64,000 nucleotides of DNA from Pseudomonadales bacterium (lineage in GTDB: Bacteria > Pseudomonadota > Gammaproteobacteria > Pseudomonadales > JAHRWD01): contig JARGPR010000002.1 in the NCBI GenBank assembly GCA_029210125.1, positions 231,232-295,231 of the forward strand, given 5' to 3'. The translations under genes were made by a program, and so were the position numbers. This document shows, piece after piece, positions 20,016 through 31,205 of the stretch. The first letter of the stretch is position 1, and each line of letters begins with the position of its first letter. Under the pieces are notes generated by a model. The model saw only the letters and a program-made list of their open reading frames with translations. It was not told the origin of the DNA and did not search any database.

Positions 20016-20499
20016 TATCTTCCCCTCTAATATGAAAATCGGATTTGACCAGTACCGGCAATATAATTGCCCAACAGATGGCTACTACCAAGCAAGTAGT
20101 TACCACACCGAAAGGCAAAACTACGGCGTCAAGTTTCCAACTGGCCATATATGAATAACAGCCTCCAACGGCCCCAATAACAATCAACCAAAATAAACTG
20201 AGCCTACGCAGAAAAATTAGACTGTGACCAAAATTAAGTACAAACCCTAACCAGATTACAAGTAGCCAAACGGGGAGTTGCTGGAACCCGAAAAAACCCA
20301 GGTAGGTGAGTGTCGTATCCTGGGCTAAACCCATCAGTGCCAGTGGCAAAATTTTCATATCGTTTTGGCGACACGGGCTGAAAACAAAGTGTAAGCAGAT
20401 CATAAACAGAGGAACAACGAGCCATTGATTACCGCCGAGCACAGCCGTAATCCAAATAGCCTGGAAGTTAATGGGCTGAAACCAATGCCATATCGTCAT
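20008..20499 (-). CDS. DUF2878-family integral membrane protein
   Basis: 163 aa with 4-5 TM helices. It sits between the CFA-synthase-like and CHI-like genes, as in related clusters. Confidence 0.55.
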   Translation of the reverse strand: MTIWHWFQPINFQAIWITAVLGGNQWLVVPLFMICLHFVFSPCRQNDMKILPLALMGLAQDTTLTYLGFFGFQQLPVWLLVIWLGFVLNFGHSLIFLRRLSLFWLIVIGAVGGCYSYMASWKLDAVVLPFGVVTTCLVVAICWAIILPVLVKSDFHIRGEDSG

Positions 20500-20526
20500 A
20501 AAATATGCCTCCGCCGTGAAAGACGG

Positions 20527-21747
20527 CTAATATTCACTTTTAATGACGCCGATATGCGCAAGTCCGATGACCTTTTCGCGAAACCCTCCTTCGCAGTAGC
20601 AAAAATAGTATTCCCACAGGCGAATAAAATCTTCGTTAAACCCTAGCGCCGATAGTTCTTTTCTTTGATTTAAAAAACCATGTCGCCATTCTTTCAAAGT
20701 GTTCGCGTAATCCAGCCGATAGTCACTAAAGTGATCAAGATACATACCGGTTTGCTGCTTGATTTGATCGCAAATCAGGCTAACGGATGGCAGATGCCCT
20801 CCAGGAAAAATATAGCGCTGAATGAAATCGACATTCTTACGGTAATCATCGTAGCGTTGATCGTTAATAGTGATCGATTGGATCATTAGCTTACCGCCGG
20901 GTGCCAATAAACTATCCAGTTTTTTAAAGTACGCGGGCATAAACTTGTGGCCCACAGCTTCGATCATTTCGACGGAAACAATTTTGGAATATTGCCCCTG
21001 GAGGTCGCGATAGTCCTCTAACAGCAGAATTACTCTATCCTCAAGGCCCTCAGCAGCAATACGCTCTGCGGCCACAGTAAATTGTGCCGGAGAGATAGTA
21101 GTCGTGGTCACGTTGCAGCCATAATGCTTAGCAGCGTAACAGGCAAGACCACCCCAACCGGAGCCAATTTCAAGCAAATGATCATCCTTATTGAGATCCA
21201 GGTAGTCACAAATAAGTGCCATCTTGTACTCCTGCGCCTCCGCCAATGAACTGTCAGCCTGAGGAAATATAGCTGAGGAATATTGCATGTATGGATCCAG
21301 GAACAAGCGGTACATGTCATTGCTTATATCATAGTGAGCTGCGATATTCGTTCGGCTTCCTGACTTGCTGTTATTACTTAAACGATGTCTAAACAGGTTA
21401 AGTAGATTGCTGAAAAAACCAAATCGCCTTTCGTACCTTTCCAATTTCGGAAGGTTTCGCGATAATATTCGCACAACGCTAGTCACGCTGTCGGCATACC
21501 ATAACCCCTCAACATAAGCCTCTGCCGCACCGACACTTCCGCCCCACAGAAGACGCTGATACGCTTTCTGATCAACAATGGTTATATTTGCATGAATGTC
21601 TGAGTTGATATCACCAAACCCATTGACATTTTCACCTTCTACTACGCTGATGTAGCCATTATCTATCTGACCAAGCAATCTGAAACAAACAGTTCTATTC
21701 CAGCTATTTTGGCGGGTAAAAGCACCCACTCTTTTAGACGAATACAT
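20527..21747 (-). CDS. Cyclopropane-fatty-acyl-phospholipid synthase family SAM-dependent methyltransferase
   Basis: SAM motif I LLEIGSGWGGLA, and AHYDISNDMYRLFLD / MQYSSAIF typical of the CFA/mycolic acid methyltransferase family. Confidence 0.85.
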   Translation of the reverse strand: MYSSKRVGAFTRQNSWNRTVCFRLLGQIDNGYISVVEGENVNGFGDINSDIHANITIVDQKAYQRLLWGGSVGAAEAYVEGLWYADSVTSVVRILSRNLPKLERYERRFGFFSNLLNLFRHRLSNNSKSGSRTNIAAHYDISNDMYRLFLDPYMQYSSAIFPQADSSLAEAQEYKMALICDYLDLNKDDHLLEIGSGWGGLACYAAKHYGCNVTTTTISPAQFTVAAERIAAEGLEDRVILLLEDYRDLQGQYSKIVSVEMIEAVGHKFMPAYFKKLDSLLAPGGKLMIQSITINDQRYDDYRKNVDFIQRYIFPGGHLPSVSLICDQIKQQTGMYLDHFSDYRLDYANTLKEWRHGFLNQRKELSALGFNEDFIRLWEYYFCYCEGGFREKVIGLAHIGVIKSEY

Positions 21748-21813
21748 GCAACCTTTCCTCTATGACATTATTATCATTCACGATCTATTCAGCTCTTTCT
21801 TGCATTTTCTGAT

Positions 21814-22677
21814 CTATTTGGTCTGATAAGGAACGAATTTAAGCCCCTTCATAATCAATCTAGCTGCCTGCCAGTAGATTCGCCTAACGATAAAAACCGT
21901 AACCACAGGCCACTTTAAAAATAGTTTTCGCATCGTTTTGGCCGTAATTTCATGGCGTGTTCCGGAAAAAACTGCAGAAAACAGAAGGTTTTCATTTTCA
22001 TTTTCTATCCGAATACAGGTGTTGTCTTCCGGTGGTGTGATCGCCCACTTATACGACATGTTGAGATCCATAAAAGGAGATACATGAAAGTTTTTTGGCG
22101 TCGATGTCGGGTTTTTTACATCCACCAAATAGCAGTACTTTTTATTCCACGGAGTGTTACTCACTTCAGCAACCAGATATTTTGCATCATATCCTTCGTA
22201 CAAAAAGAAGAAATTAACCGGGCTAAAATAGATACCAAAGCTGCGCAACTGAGCGAGCATACATACTCGATCAATGCTTCCGACATCAGCACCTAAATTA
22301 TCGGCCATCGAGATAACCGTATCTTTTAGCTGGGAACTAACATGCTTTGATTGACCGATGTCGATTTCAAGACCATCTTTAACTGCGATTTTTTTGGGAC
22401 TATTTGATACGACAGATCTAAAATAGTCAGAGGATTTAAGTTGTAAAGGTGCCCAGCGGCGAGATGAAAACCACCAATATCTCCTGTTCAGCGCTTCAAC
22501 TTCATCAAGATCGACAAAAGCCATATACAGTGGGTAGCTAAATTTATGTACCTTAGGCGCGAAACGCTTGTGAAACACACTACCTATATAAAATGCGCTA
22601 TTTAGCCCTTTTTCCTGGCTGTGGTTTTGGCCGTCCAATTTTTTGGTGGATTCAATGCTCATAAAGGGTTTAGTCAC
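21814..22677 (-). CDS. DUF1365-family protein
   Basis: YIGSVFHKRFAPKVHKFSYPLYMAFVDLDE is the typical DUF1365 opening. It overlaps the upstream FAD oxidoreductase by 8 nt. Confidence 0.75.
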   Translation of the reverse strand: MTKPFMSIESTKKLDGQNHSQEKGLNSAFYIGSVFHKRFAPKVHKFSYPLYMAFVDLDEVEALNRRYWWFSSRRWAPLQLKSSDYFRSVVSNSPKKIAVKDGLEIDIGQSKHVSSQLKDTVISMADNLGADVGSIDRVCMLAQLRSFGIYFSPVNFFFLYEGYDAKYLVAEVSNTPWNKKYCYLVDVKNPTSTPKNFHVSPFMDLNMSYKWAITPPEDNTCIRIENENENLLFSAVFSGTRHEITAKTMRKLFLKWPVVTVFIVRRIYWQAARLIMKGLKFVPYQTK

Positions 22678-23998
22678 GCATATTACTGTCAGCGTTAATC
22701 TGGTTTAGCCTTGCACTATCCAGGTTCATACCAAATCGTTCGCATACATCTAATGCACTCCGAACTCCATCCTCATGAAAACCGTTATACCAATATGCAC
22801 CACAAAAATGTGTATGGTCATGGCCGCATATATCGGCTCTTTTTTGCTGTGCCATTATTGATTCCAACGAAAATACTGGGTGCGCATAACTGAAACGACG
22901 CAAAATCTTTCCCGGATCAATTTTGTCTGTTTGGTTCAATGTAACGCAGAGCGTGGTATCAACAGGTAAGCCTTGCAAAATATTCATGTTGTAGGTGACG
23001 CTGGATAGCCCTTTGAGGCTTGAATCAATCCGATAATTCCAGCTCGCATAGGATTTTTTTCTCTTTGGTAATAAGCTTGTATCGGTATGCAATACCACAT
23101 CATTATTACGATACTGGATTCCACCTAATACATTAGCCTCTGCCTCACTGGGATCCTTTAGTAACGCAAGCGCCTGATCCGAATGGCATGCAAAAATCAC
23201 TTCGTCAAATACCTCCCTCTCATGCTCGGTAATTACTTCCACATGATCTCGGTTTCGCTTAACCGCTTGAACCGGCGTATTGATTTTTATTTGCTGTATG
23301 TCTCGCGTTAAACCCGGAATATAACTACGGGAACCCCCTTCGATGACGTACCACTGCGGGCGCTTGGCAATATCCAATAATCCATGATTATTAAAAAACT
23401 GTATAAAAAACAGCAAGGGGCAATCTCTTCCGCTTTCGATGGACGATGACCAAATAGCCGCCACCATAGGAAGGATATAGTTATTCGAGAAATAGTCGCT
23501 AAATCCATGCTCATCAAGAAAACTACCCAGAGTGCGCTGTCCCGTGTTCACCGAACTGATGTCAAACTGCTTAGCCAATTTGTTAAAACGCAATATTTCG
23601 GCAATAAAGCGGTAAAACTTTATATTCAATATATTGCGGCGCTGGGAAAACAAAGTCGCTAGGCTATGACCATTGTATTCAAGTCCATTGATATCATTGC
23701 GTACACTAAAACTCATTTCAGTAGGCTTATACTGCACCCCAATTTGCTTCATAATTTTTATAAAATTGGGGTATGTTCTATCATTAAAGACAATAAAACC
23801 TGTGTCTACCGCGAGCTGTTTACCGTCGATAGTAGTATCGATGGTTGCGGTGTGACCACCCAAGTAGTCGTTAGCCTCAAACAAGGTGACATGATGCTTC
23901 TGGCTCAGTAAATAACCACAGGTTTGACCAGAAATACCACTGCCAATAATAGCAATACGTTTAGTTTTTACTCGGTTGTTCATAGGCTCTTCAGTCAT
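22670..23998 (-). CDS. FAD/NAD(P)-binding amine-oxidase/desaturase-like oxidoreductase
   Basis: Rossmann dinucleotide motif RIAIIGSGISGQT near the N-terminus. The start is trimmed to MTEEP (23998); MNNR (23983) is also possible. Confidence 0.8.
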   Translation of the reverse strand: MTEEPMNNRVKTKRIAIIGSGISGQTCGYLLSQKHHVTLFEANDYLGGHTATIDTTIDGKQLAVDTGFIVFNDRTYPNFIKIMKQIGVQYKPTEMSFSVRNDINGLEYNGHSLATLFSQRRNILNIKFYRFIAEILRFNKLAKQFDISSVNTGQRTLGSFLDEHGFSDYFSNNYILPMVAAIWSSSIESGRDCPLLFFIQFFNNHGLLDIAKRPQWYVIEGGSRSYIPGLTRDIQQIKINTPVQAVKRNRDHVEVITEHEREVFDEVIFACHSDQALALLKDPSEAEANVLGGIQYRNNDVVLHTDTSLLPKRKKSYASWNYRIDSSLKGLSSVTYNMNILQGLPVDTTLCVTLNQTDKIDPGKILRRFSYAHPVFSLESIMAQQKRADICGHDHTHFCGAYWYNGFHEDGVRSALDVCERFGMNLDSARLNQINADSNMRD

Positions 23999-24000
23999 TT

Positions 24001-24729
24001 TTACGACCTTATCATTTTGATAGCAATACGACGCCAAAGTGCGTTAGGTAAGAGAGACAAGATATTTAGCGCGCAAAAAAATCCTCGAGGAAATTTGATT
24101 TCCTGTTTTCTTTTAGCGATCCCTGCGACGATGAATTTTGCTGCCTTTTCGGCTGTTACGATGTTTGGCATAGCAAAATTGTTCTTTTGAGTGAGGGCGG
24201 TGTCTACGAAGCCCGGGCGTATGAGCGAAATATCAATATTTTTGGGCGCCAGGTCGATAGCTAGTGAACGAGCCAAATAATCGAGTGCGGATTTGGAAGC
24301 GCCATAGGCTTCTGCGCGAGTTAAGGGCAGCGATGTGACCGAAGAGCTTACAATAGCTAGCTGTCCGCCCGATTTTATATTGGGCAAAATAGCTTCTAAG
24401 CAGTAACCCGTCCCTATTACATTGGTGTGTATAACCCGCTCAAATAATTGGCTATCGAAGGCTTGTGGCTCATCGATATATTCACAGGTTCCGGCGTTTA
24501 ATATGGCTAAATCAATTTCGCCAACATTGGCTGCACCAGCGATCACCTCATCACGGGTCGACAAATCAAAACAAAGGAACTGCAAATTCTTGCTATTTTC
24601 GCCAAGCGCTATACGCAACTTGTTAATATCTCGACCACAGGCAAATACCTGCCAACCGGCAACCAGGTACGCTTTGGCAAGCTGCATACCAATACCTGAA
24701 CTTGCTCCAGTAATAATTACCCTTTTCAA
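24001..24729 (-). CDS. Short-chain dehydrogenase/reductase (SDR)
   Basis: TGASSGIG cofactor motif, NAG, and the catalytic YGASK. Confidence 0.9.
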   Translation of the reverse strand: MKRVIITGASSGIGMQLAKAYLVAGWQVFACGRDINKLRIALGENSKNLQFLCFDLSTRDEVIAGAANVGEIDLAILNAGTCEYIDEPQAFDSQLFERVIHTNVIGTGYCLEAILPNIKSGGQLAIVSSSVTSLPLTRAEAYGASKSALDYLARSLAIDLAPKNIDISLIRPGFVDTALTQKNNFAMPNIVTAEKAAKFIVAGIAKRKQEIKFPRGFFCALNILSLLPNALWRRIAIKMIRS

Positions 24730-25148
24730 GAGGCCATCCTCTTTTTGATCTTTCGCACAATGAAACTAAGTACCGGTATTTTCTCGTAAATCATGCCACC
24801 CAGGTCGTAGTAATCACGCTGATAGTAGATCGCTTTGTCAAATTTTATATGACTAGTTCCAGGCACTATAGTTTCTCGCCCCCTATTTAACTTTGGATGT
24901 GAAAATTTCATATTCCACGTCAAAAATGCCTGGTTATCCGTGTCTAAAACTTCCTCTATGTCAAATTGACAATAGGTAACATTTTCCAGCATTCCATTGA
25001 AATAGCTCCGTATTTCATCGAGACCTTGAATTCTGTCTACAGGGTCTTCAAACACAGCGCTTTCACTATAAATTCGATCTAACTCGCTAAGACTGTCAAG
25101 ACTTAACTGCTCATAATATTCACAGAACTCTTCAATAATCTTATTCAT
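24726..25148 (-). CDS. SnoaL/NTF2-like fold protein
   Basis: ~140 aa in the photolyase operon. The ATG at 25148 is preceded by AGGGA. The pattern is typical of NTF2-like proteins (ESAVFEDPV...G...I..YF). Confidence 0.5.
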   Translation of the reverse strand: MNKIIEEFCEYYEQLSLDSLSELDRIYSESAVFEDPVDRIQGLDEIRSYFNGMLENVTYCQFDIEEVLDTDNQAFLTWNMKFSHPKLNRGRETIVPGTSHIKFDKAIYYQRDYYDLGGMIYEKIPVLSFIVRKIKKRMAS

Positions 25149-25175
25149 GTTTATTCCCTTTAGCTTCAAACTTAA

Positions 25176-26180
25176 TTATTGATAATTTTTTCTATTCGGA
25201 TCCATATCTTCAGGGTAAGGCTCAAGATAACGCTGTTTTTTTATATACTCCGAACCATATTGATCCAGATAATGTTTTAGCAATGTCAGGGGGGTTGTCA
25301 GCGGAAAAAAACCTAGCCGGTACTTGTGAATGGTTTCCACAATGTGCTGACGCGCCGCTGATGGCACAGATTCTTTTAGGTAACCCAGGATATGCAATAG
25401 TGTGTTGGCGTGGTTTTGTTTGCTGGCAGGCGTGCTTAGCGCTTGCATAAAGTCTTTAAAGTACAAGTCAGTCAGCTCGTTAAGCGGTAATTTTTTGGTC
25501 GAGCCTAATAGGCGCCCAAGTTGCCGATATTGTTTTTGATCGTGTGCCATCAGCAAATATTTATAGCGACTGTGAAACTCGATGAGCTTATGTACTGAAG
25601 GCTCTTGCAATACTTCTTCACGAAAATGGTGATAGGCGTAAACCCGCACCACGAAGTTGTCAAACAACTTAGGATCGTTCAGCCGGCCTTCCTCTTCGAT
25701 GGGCATCAGTGGATATTTTTTTTGTAACGCCTGAGCAAACAAACCACCGGTACGGGTTTCATGCGGATGGCCGTTTGACTGATAAACTTTTACGCGCTCA
25801 AGCCCACAACTAGGCGAATTTTTCATTAGGATATAGCCATCCAGATGCGCCAATTCAGTTAACTTAGCTTCAAAACCTTTGACCAGCTTCGCAGTTAAAT
25901 CGGTGGCTTCATCATTACTAAGCACCAGTTGTGGTGATTCCGGGTTGCCAATAAGCCGCATAGTCGGTCTGGGCGTACCAAAACCAGCAGCCACTTCAGG
26001 GCAAAAAGTATTGAATGAAAAGTACTCGCCCAACACATCCAGACATAAGCGGGATTTTGTATGGCCACCGTTATAACGAACTTTGTGTCCTGCCAGGCAT
26101 GCACTGAGACCAAGCTGAATAGATGAGTTAACGTTATTCGCTTCTAAGTGATCACTAGCAATAATCTCTTGCTTGTTCAT
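25176..26180 (-). CDS. ybgA: YbgA-like DUF523 + DUF1722 two-domain protein
   Basis: N-terminal SACLAG.KVRYNGG (DUF523) and a C-terminal helical DUF1722-like half. ybgA-phr linkage is known from E. coli. The ATG at 26180 has a GAGGT SD. Confidence 0.7.
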   Translation of the reverse strand: MNKQEIIASDHLEANNVNSSIQLGLSACLAGHKVRYNGGHTKSRLCLDVLGEYFSFNTFCPEVAAGFGTPRPTMRLIGNPESPQLVLSNDEATDLTAKLVKGFEAKLTELAHLDGYILMKNSPSCGLERVKVYQSNGHPHETRTGGLFAQALQKKYPLMPIEEEGRLNDPKLFDNFVVRVYAYHHFREEVLQEPSVHKLIEFHSRYKYLLMAHDQKQYRQLGRLLGSTKKLPLNELTDLYFKDFMQALSTPASKQNHANTLLHILGYLKESVPSAARQHIVETIHKYRLGFFPLTTPLTLLKHYLDQYGSEYIKKQRYLEPYPEDMDPNRKNYQ

Positions 26181-26321
26181 GATATCTACCTCAGTTGTTC
26201 TCAATTAAACCGCAATCAAACTCGGTGCCATGCAACGGACTGACGATAAAGCAGCCTGCTGTGTCTTTTCTTATAATGGCGACTTCAGTAGTAAATAACG
26301 CGATACCGACCCCACCCAAAA

Positions 26322-26381
26322 CTTGTACAACAAATAATAGTGTACATGTTTGTAGTTGTACACTATTATTTTTCGTACAAG
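26322..26381. promoter_or_regulatory. 60-bp imperfect palindrome with TGTACA hexamers in the ybgA / merR-like divergent promoter (candidate LitR/MerR operator)
   Basis: cttgtacaacaaataatagtgtaca (26322-26346) and tgtacactattatttttcgtacaag (26357-26381) are reverse complements at 23 of 25 positions, with a 10-nt centre. Perfect TGTACA hexamers sit at 26325, 26341 and 26357. Confidence 0.6.
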
Positions 26382-26420
26382 TAATTACAATGATACATAT
26401 TGAAAAGAAGTAGAGACAAA

Positions 26421-27296
26421 ATGGAAATGGTAGAAGATAACCTTGCCCAAAAAGAACAATTCCCGATTCGTGAGCTGAGCGCCCGCACCCAGGTAAATAC
26501 CGTGACCCTGCGAGCCTGGGAGCGGCGTTATGGGCTGTTAAAACCGGAAAGAACAGCGAAAGGGCATCGCCTCTATTCGGATGAGGATGTCGGCATTATT
26601 GAACAAATTCTTGCGCTAGTCGCGAGAGGCGTACCCTTAGGTAAAGTTAAACCACTGCTGGAATCTGATACGGCCGACCTATCGGCAGATGATCACGATG
26701 AAAACTGGCAGACATCCATTAAAAAGCTTCTCGCTTCGATCGAACTGTTTTCAGCCACCAAGGTGCAGCATTTAATACATCAATCGTTTGCGCAGTACCC
26801 TGTGCCCGTTTGTCGTCAACGATTGTTCGAACCTTGTTTTGCCGAACTAGCCCAGCATGATGATAGCGGTGCCACCTTAGGTTTTGCCGAAAGCGAGTTG
26901 ATTCGTTATACCGCGCTGCGTTTGAACACCAATGTTGCCAAGAACAAGCACTCCCTTGCAGTGACCCTAATAGCGGGGCACCAAGCACCTATGTGGAGTC
27001 TGGCATTGATAGCCTTAGAGTTAAGCGATGCCGGGTTTGTTGTACAACTATTACACTGCCCGTTTAATGTCGCGGCTGCCATAGAGCTTGCTGACAAACG
27101 TAGGGACGCTTATACAGTGTTTTACCAAGATGGCGTTTGGAAGGATAAAGAGCAAACATTAGCAGCGGCGGCTTTACTTGCTAATGAATGGCTTTTTATG
27201 TGTGGAACTGCTCCCGCACTTACAATGCTAGACACTCAAGAGCGCGTGTTTTCCGATGTAAAAACGTGTCTTCGTGGTTTGCTGGCACTGCAATAA
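26421..27296 (+). CDS. MerR-family regulator with a degenerate B12-binding-like C-terminal domain (LitR/CarH-like)
   Basis: MerR HTH (IRELSARTQVNTVTLRAWERRYGLLKPERTAKGHRLYSDEDV). The C-terminal Rossmann-like segment (VTLIAGHQAPMWSLALIALELSDAGFVVQLL) lacks a clear DxHxxG. ATG at 26421; the track uses TTG at 26400. Confidence 0.7.
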   Translation: MEMVEDNLAQKEQFPIRELSARTQVNTVTLRAWERRYGLLKPERTAKGHRLYSDEDVGIIEQILALVARGVPLGKVKPLLESDTADLSADDHDENWQTSIKKLLASIELFSATKVQHLIHQSFAQYPVPVCRQRLFEPCFAELAQHDDSGATLGFAESELIRYTALRLNTNVAKNKHSLAVTLIAGHQAPMWSLALIALELSDAGFVVQLLHCPFNVAAAIELADKRRDAYTVFYQDGVWKDKEQTLAAAALLANEWLFMCGTAPALTMLDTQERVFSDVKTCLRGLLALQ

Positions 27297-27536
27297 CCAA
27301 TACCTAGTGAAATGTTCACCCAATTTTTTCCGGCGGGTTTCGATATCTCCTCTGCTAACGCGCATCCGGAAATATTACCCTGCCAACGATCCTGACTTTT
27401 ACTCGATCGCCAAAAAGTCATGCCGGGATATCGCCAAACAAGGGATTTAACTTTACATTTCCAAATTTAAACCAAGCTTTAAATCAGATTTGGAAAGACA
27501 CCCTCACCTCACTACTAAAAGGTTAAAAAGAGTTGT

Positions 27537-28070
27537 ATGCGCTACTTATTGATTTTTTTATCTATCCTGATTAGTGGTTGTATAGGAATACCTGAAGGGA
27601 TTGAGCCGGTACGCAGCTTTGAGATAAATCGTTATCTTGGAACCTGGTATGAAATAGCCCGCCTAGATCACTCGTTTGAACGTGGATTACAGAACGTGAC
27701 CGCAGAATATAGCCCTCGAAACGATGGTGGTCTAAAGGTCATTAACCGAGGTTTTGATAGTTCATCGAAAACCTGGAGCGAGGCCGAAGGCAAGGCCTAT
27801 TTTGTCGAAGATAAGACCACCGGGTATTTAAAAGTCTCTTTCTTTGGCCCTTTTTATGGCTCCTATATCATTTTTGATCTGGGTCAGAATTATGAATACT
27901 CATTAGTAACCAGTACCGACAAGTCTTATCTTTGGTTGCTTTCCAGAACGCCTGTCATTGATGAAACACTTAAACAACGTTTGTTAAAACGTATGACCAA
28001 ACTTGGTTTTGATACTCAAGCGCTTATTTTTGTTGAGCAATCTCAAAAGGCTGGCACCCATACCCACTAA
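27537..28070 (+). CDS. blc: Bacterial lipocalin Blc (outer-membrane lipoprotein)
   Basis: Lipobox LISGC and the lipocalin signature YLGTWYEIARLDHSFERG. Confidence 0.9.
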   Translation: MRYLLIFLSILISGCIGIPEGIEPVRSFEINRYLGTWYEIARLDHSFERGLQNVTAEYSPRNDGGLKVINRGFDSSSKTWSEAEGKAYFVEDKTTGYLKVSFFGPFYGSYIIFDLGQNYEYSLVTSTDKSYLWLLSRTPVIDETLKQRLLKRMTKLGFDTQALIFVEQSQKAGTHTH

Positions 28071-28180
28071 AATGCGTTACCAACGCTTGGGAGCGCTGCC
28101 AACTTAATCGCCAATTTAATATTGATAAGAAGTCTGGTTTTTACAAGGTCTTTTCAGCAACCTCGTCGTCTGCGGTCAAA

Positions 28181-28223
28181 AATAAAAACGGGCAGGAAGT
28201 TTAGTTCTCCTCTTGCCCGTTTT
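28181..28223. terminator. Hairpin terminator between convergent blc and dps (strong in the dps direction)
   Basis: aacgggcagga (28187-28197) pairs with tcttgcccgtt (28211-28221), including one G-U pair. On the minus strand the stem is followed by TTTTTATTTTT, beginning 5 nt after the dps stop. Confidence 0.7.
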
Positions 28224-28227
28224 ATGG

Positions 28228-28698
28228 TTATTCGGAAAGCGATCGCAGCATCCACGCGGTTTTCTCGTGGATGCGCATGCGATCCGATATCAGCGCAGAC
28301 GAGGACTCATCATCCGCAGCCTGTGACACCTTTAACGCTTCACGGCAGCTTCTGACCACCTGCTCGTGACTTTTCTGCAGAATGTCCACCATCTCCTCAG
28401 CTGGCGGCACGCCATCTACTTCGGAAATTGAACTCAATTCAGCAAACGCCCTGTAAGTTCCAGGTGCAGCCACACCCAGCGAGCGAATTCTTTCTGCGAT
28501 ATCATCTACCGCCACTGCCAACTCGGTGTAGTGTTCCTCAAACATTAGGTGCAGTTCACGGAATCTTGGTCCTTTGACATTCCAGTGGAAGTTGTGTGTT
28601 TGCAGATAAAGTGTATAGGAATCAGCCAATACCTTTTTCAGCCCATCTGCTACAGATTTTCGGTCTGACGTAGAAATACCAATATCAATCGTACTCAT
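28228..28698 (-). CDS. dps: Dps (DNA-binding ferritin-like protein)
   Basis: [26 protein letters not shown]...VDDIAERI ferroxidase-site pattern. The ATG at 28698 has an AAGAGGA SD. The longer in-frame track ORF (to 28800) is discussed in findings. Confidence 0.9.
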   Translation of the reverse strand: MSTIDIGISTSDRKSVADGLKKVLADSYTLYLQTHNFHWNVKGPRFRELHLMFEEHYTELAVAVDDIAERIRSLGVAAPGTYRAFAELSSISEVDGVPPAEEMVDILQKSHEQVVRSCREALKVSQAADDESSSALISDRMRIHEKTAWMLRSLSE

Positions 28699-28770
28699 AA
28701 GATTTATCCTCTTAGTTACCTTCTTAGTTACCTTCTTAGTTACCTTCTTAATTATCCTCTTAATTACCTT
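28699..28770. repeat. Six tandem 12-bp units (three perfect) immediately upstream of the dps ATG
   Basis: cttagttacctt x3 at 28711-28746. These are flanked by variants aagatttatcct (28699), cttaattatcct (28747) and cttaattacctt (28759). Confidence 0.95.
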
Positions 28771-28843
28771 GGGCCACATCTGGCGAACACAACCCCGCAA
28801 GACAAGCCCGCAAGATCGTTCCGGCCAGCTTTATGCCAATTTA

Positions 28844-31099
<2,256 letters not shown>

Positions 31100-31205
31100 C
31101 TACTGGCTCAATATATTCCCGTTATTGTGTTCAGTAAATTTAAAAATTATTATGCTGATCTTCTAAAAAATAGAATCACTGCGCCGGATTTAACCGCGAA
31201 CAATA

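Noticed and set aside
28228-28355. 77-aa plus-strand ORF 28122-28355 and similar small ORFs in the blc-dps intergenic and terminator region.
   Set aside because: It overlaps the dps 3' end and the terminator hairpin. Its basic, low-complexity translation has no support.
28699-28770. Tandem 12-bp repeats considered as a possible CRISPR or minisatellite array.
   Set aside because: The units are contiguous with no spacers and far too short for CRISPR repeats. The element is treated instead as a dps-proximal tandem repeat (see findings).
31161-31175. Palindrome TTCTA-N5-TAGAA between katG and oxyR as an OxyR/LysR (T-N11-A) box.
   Set aside because: It satisfies the generic T-N11-A rule, but I could not lay the four ATAG/CTAT elements of the OxyR consensus over the region. 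The support is too weak to annotate.
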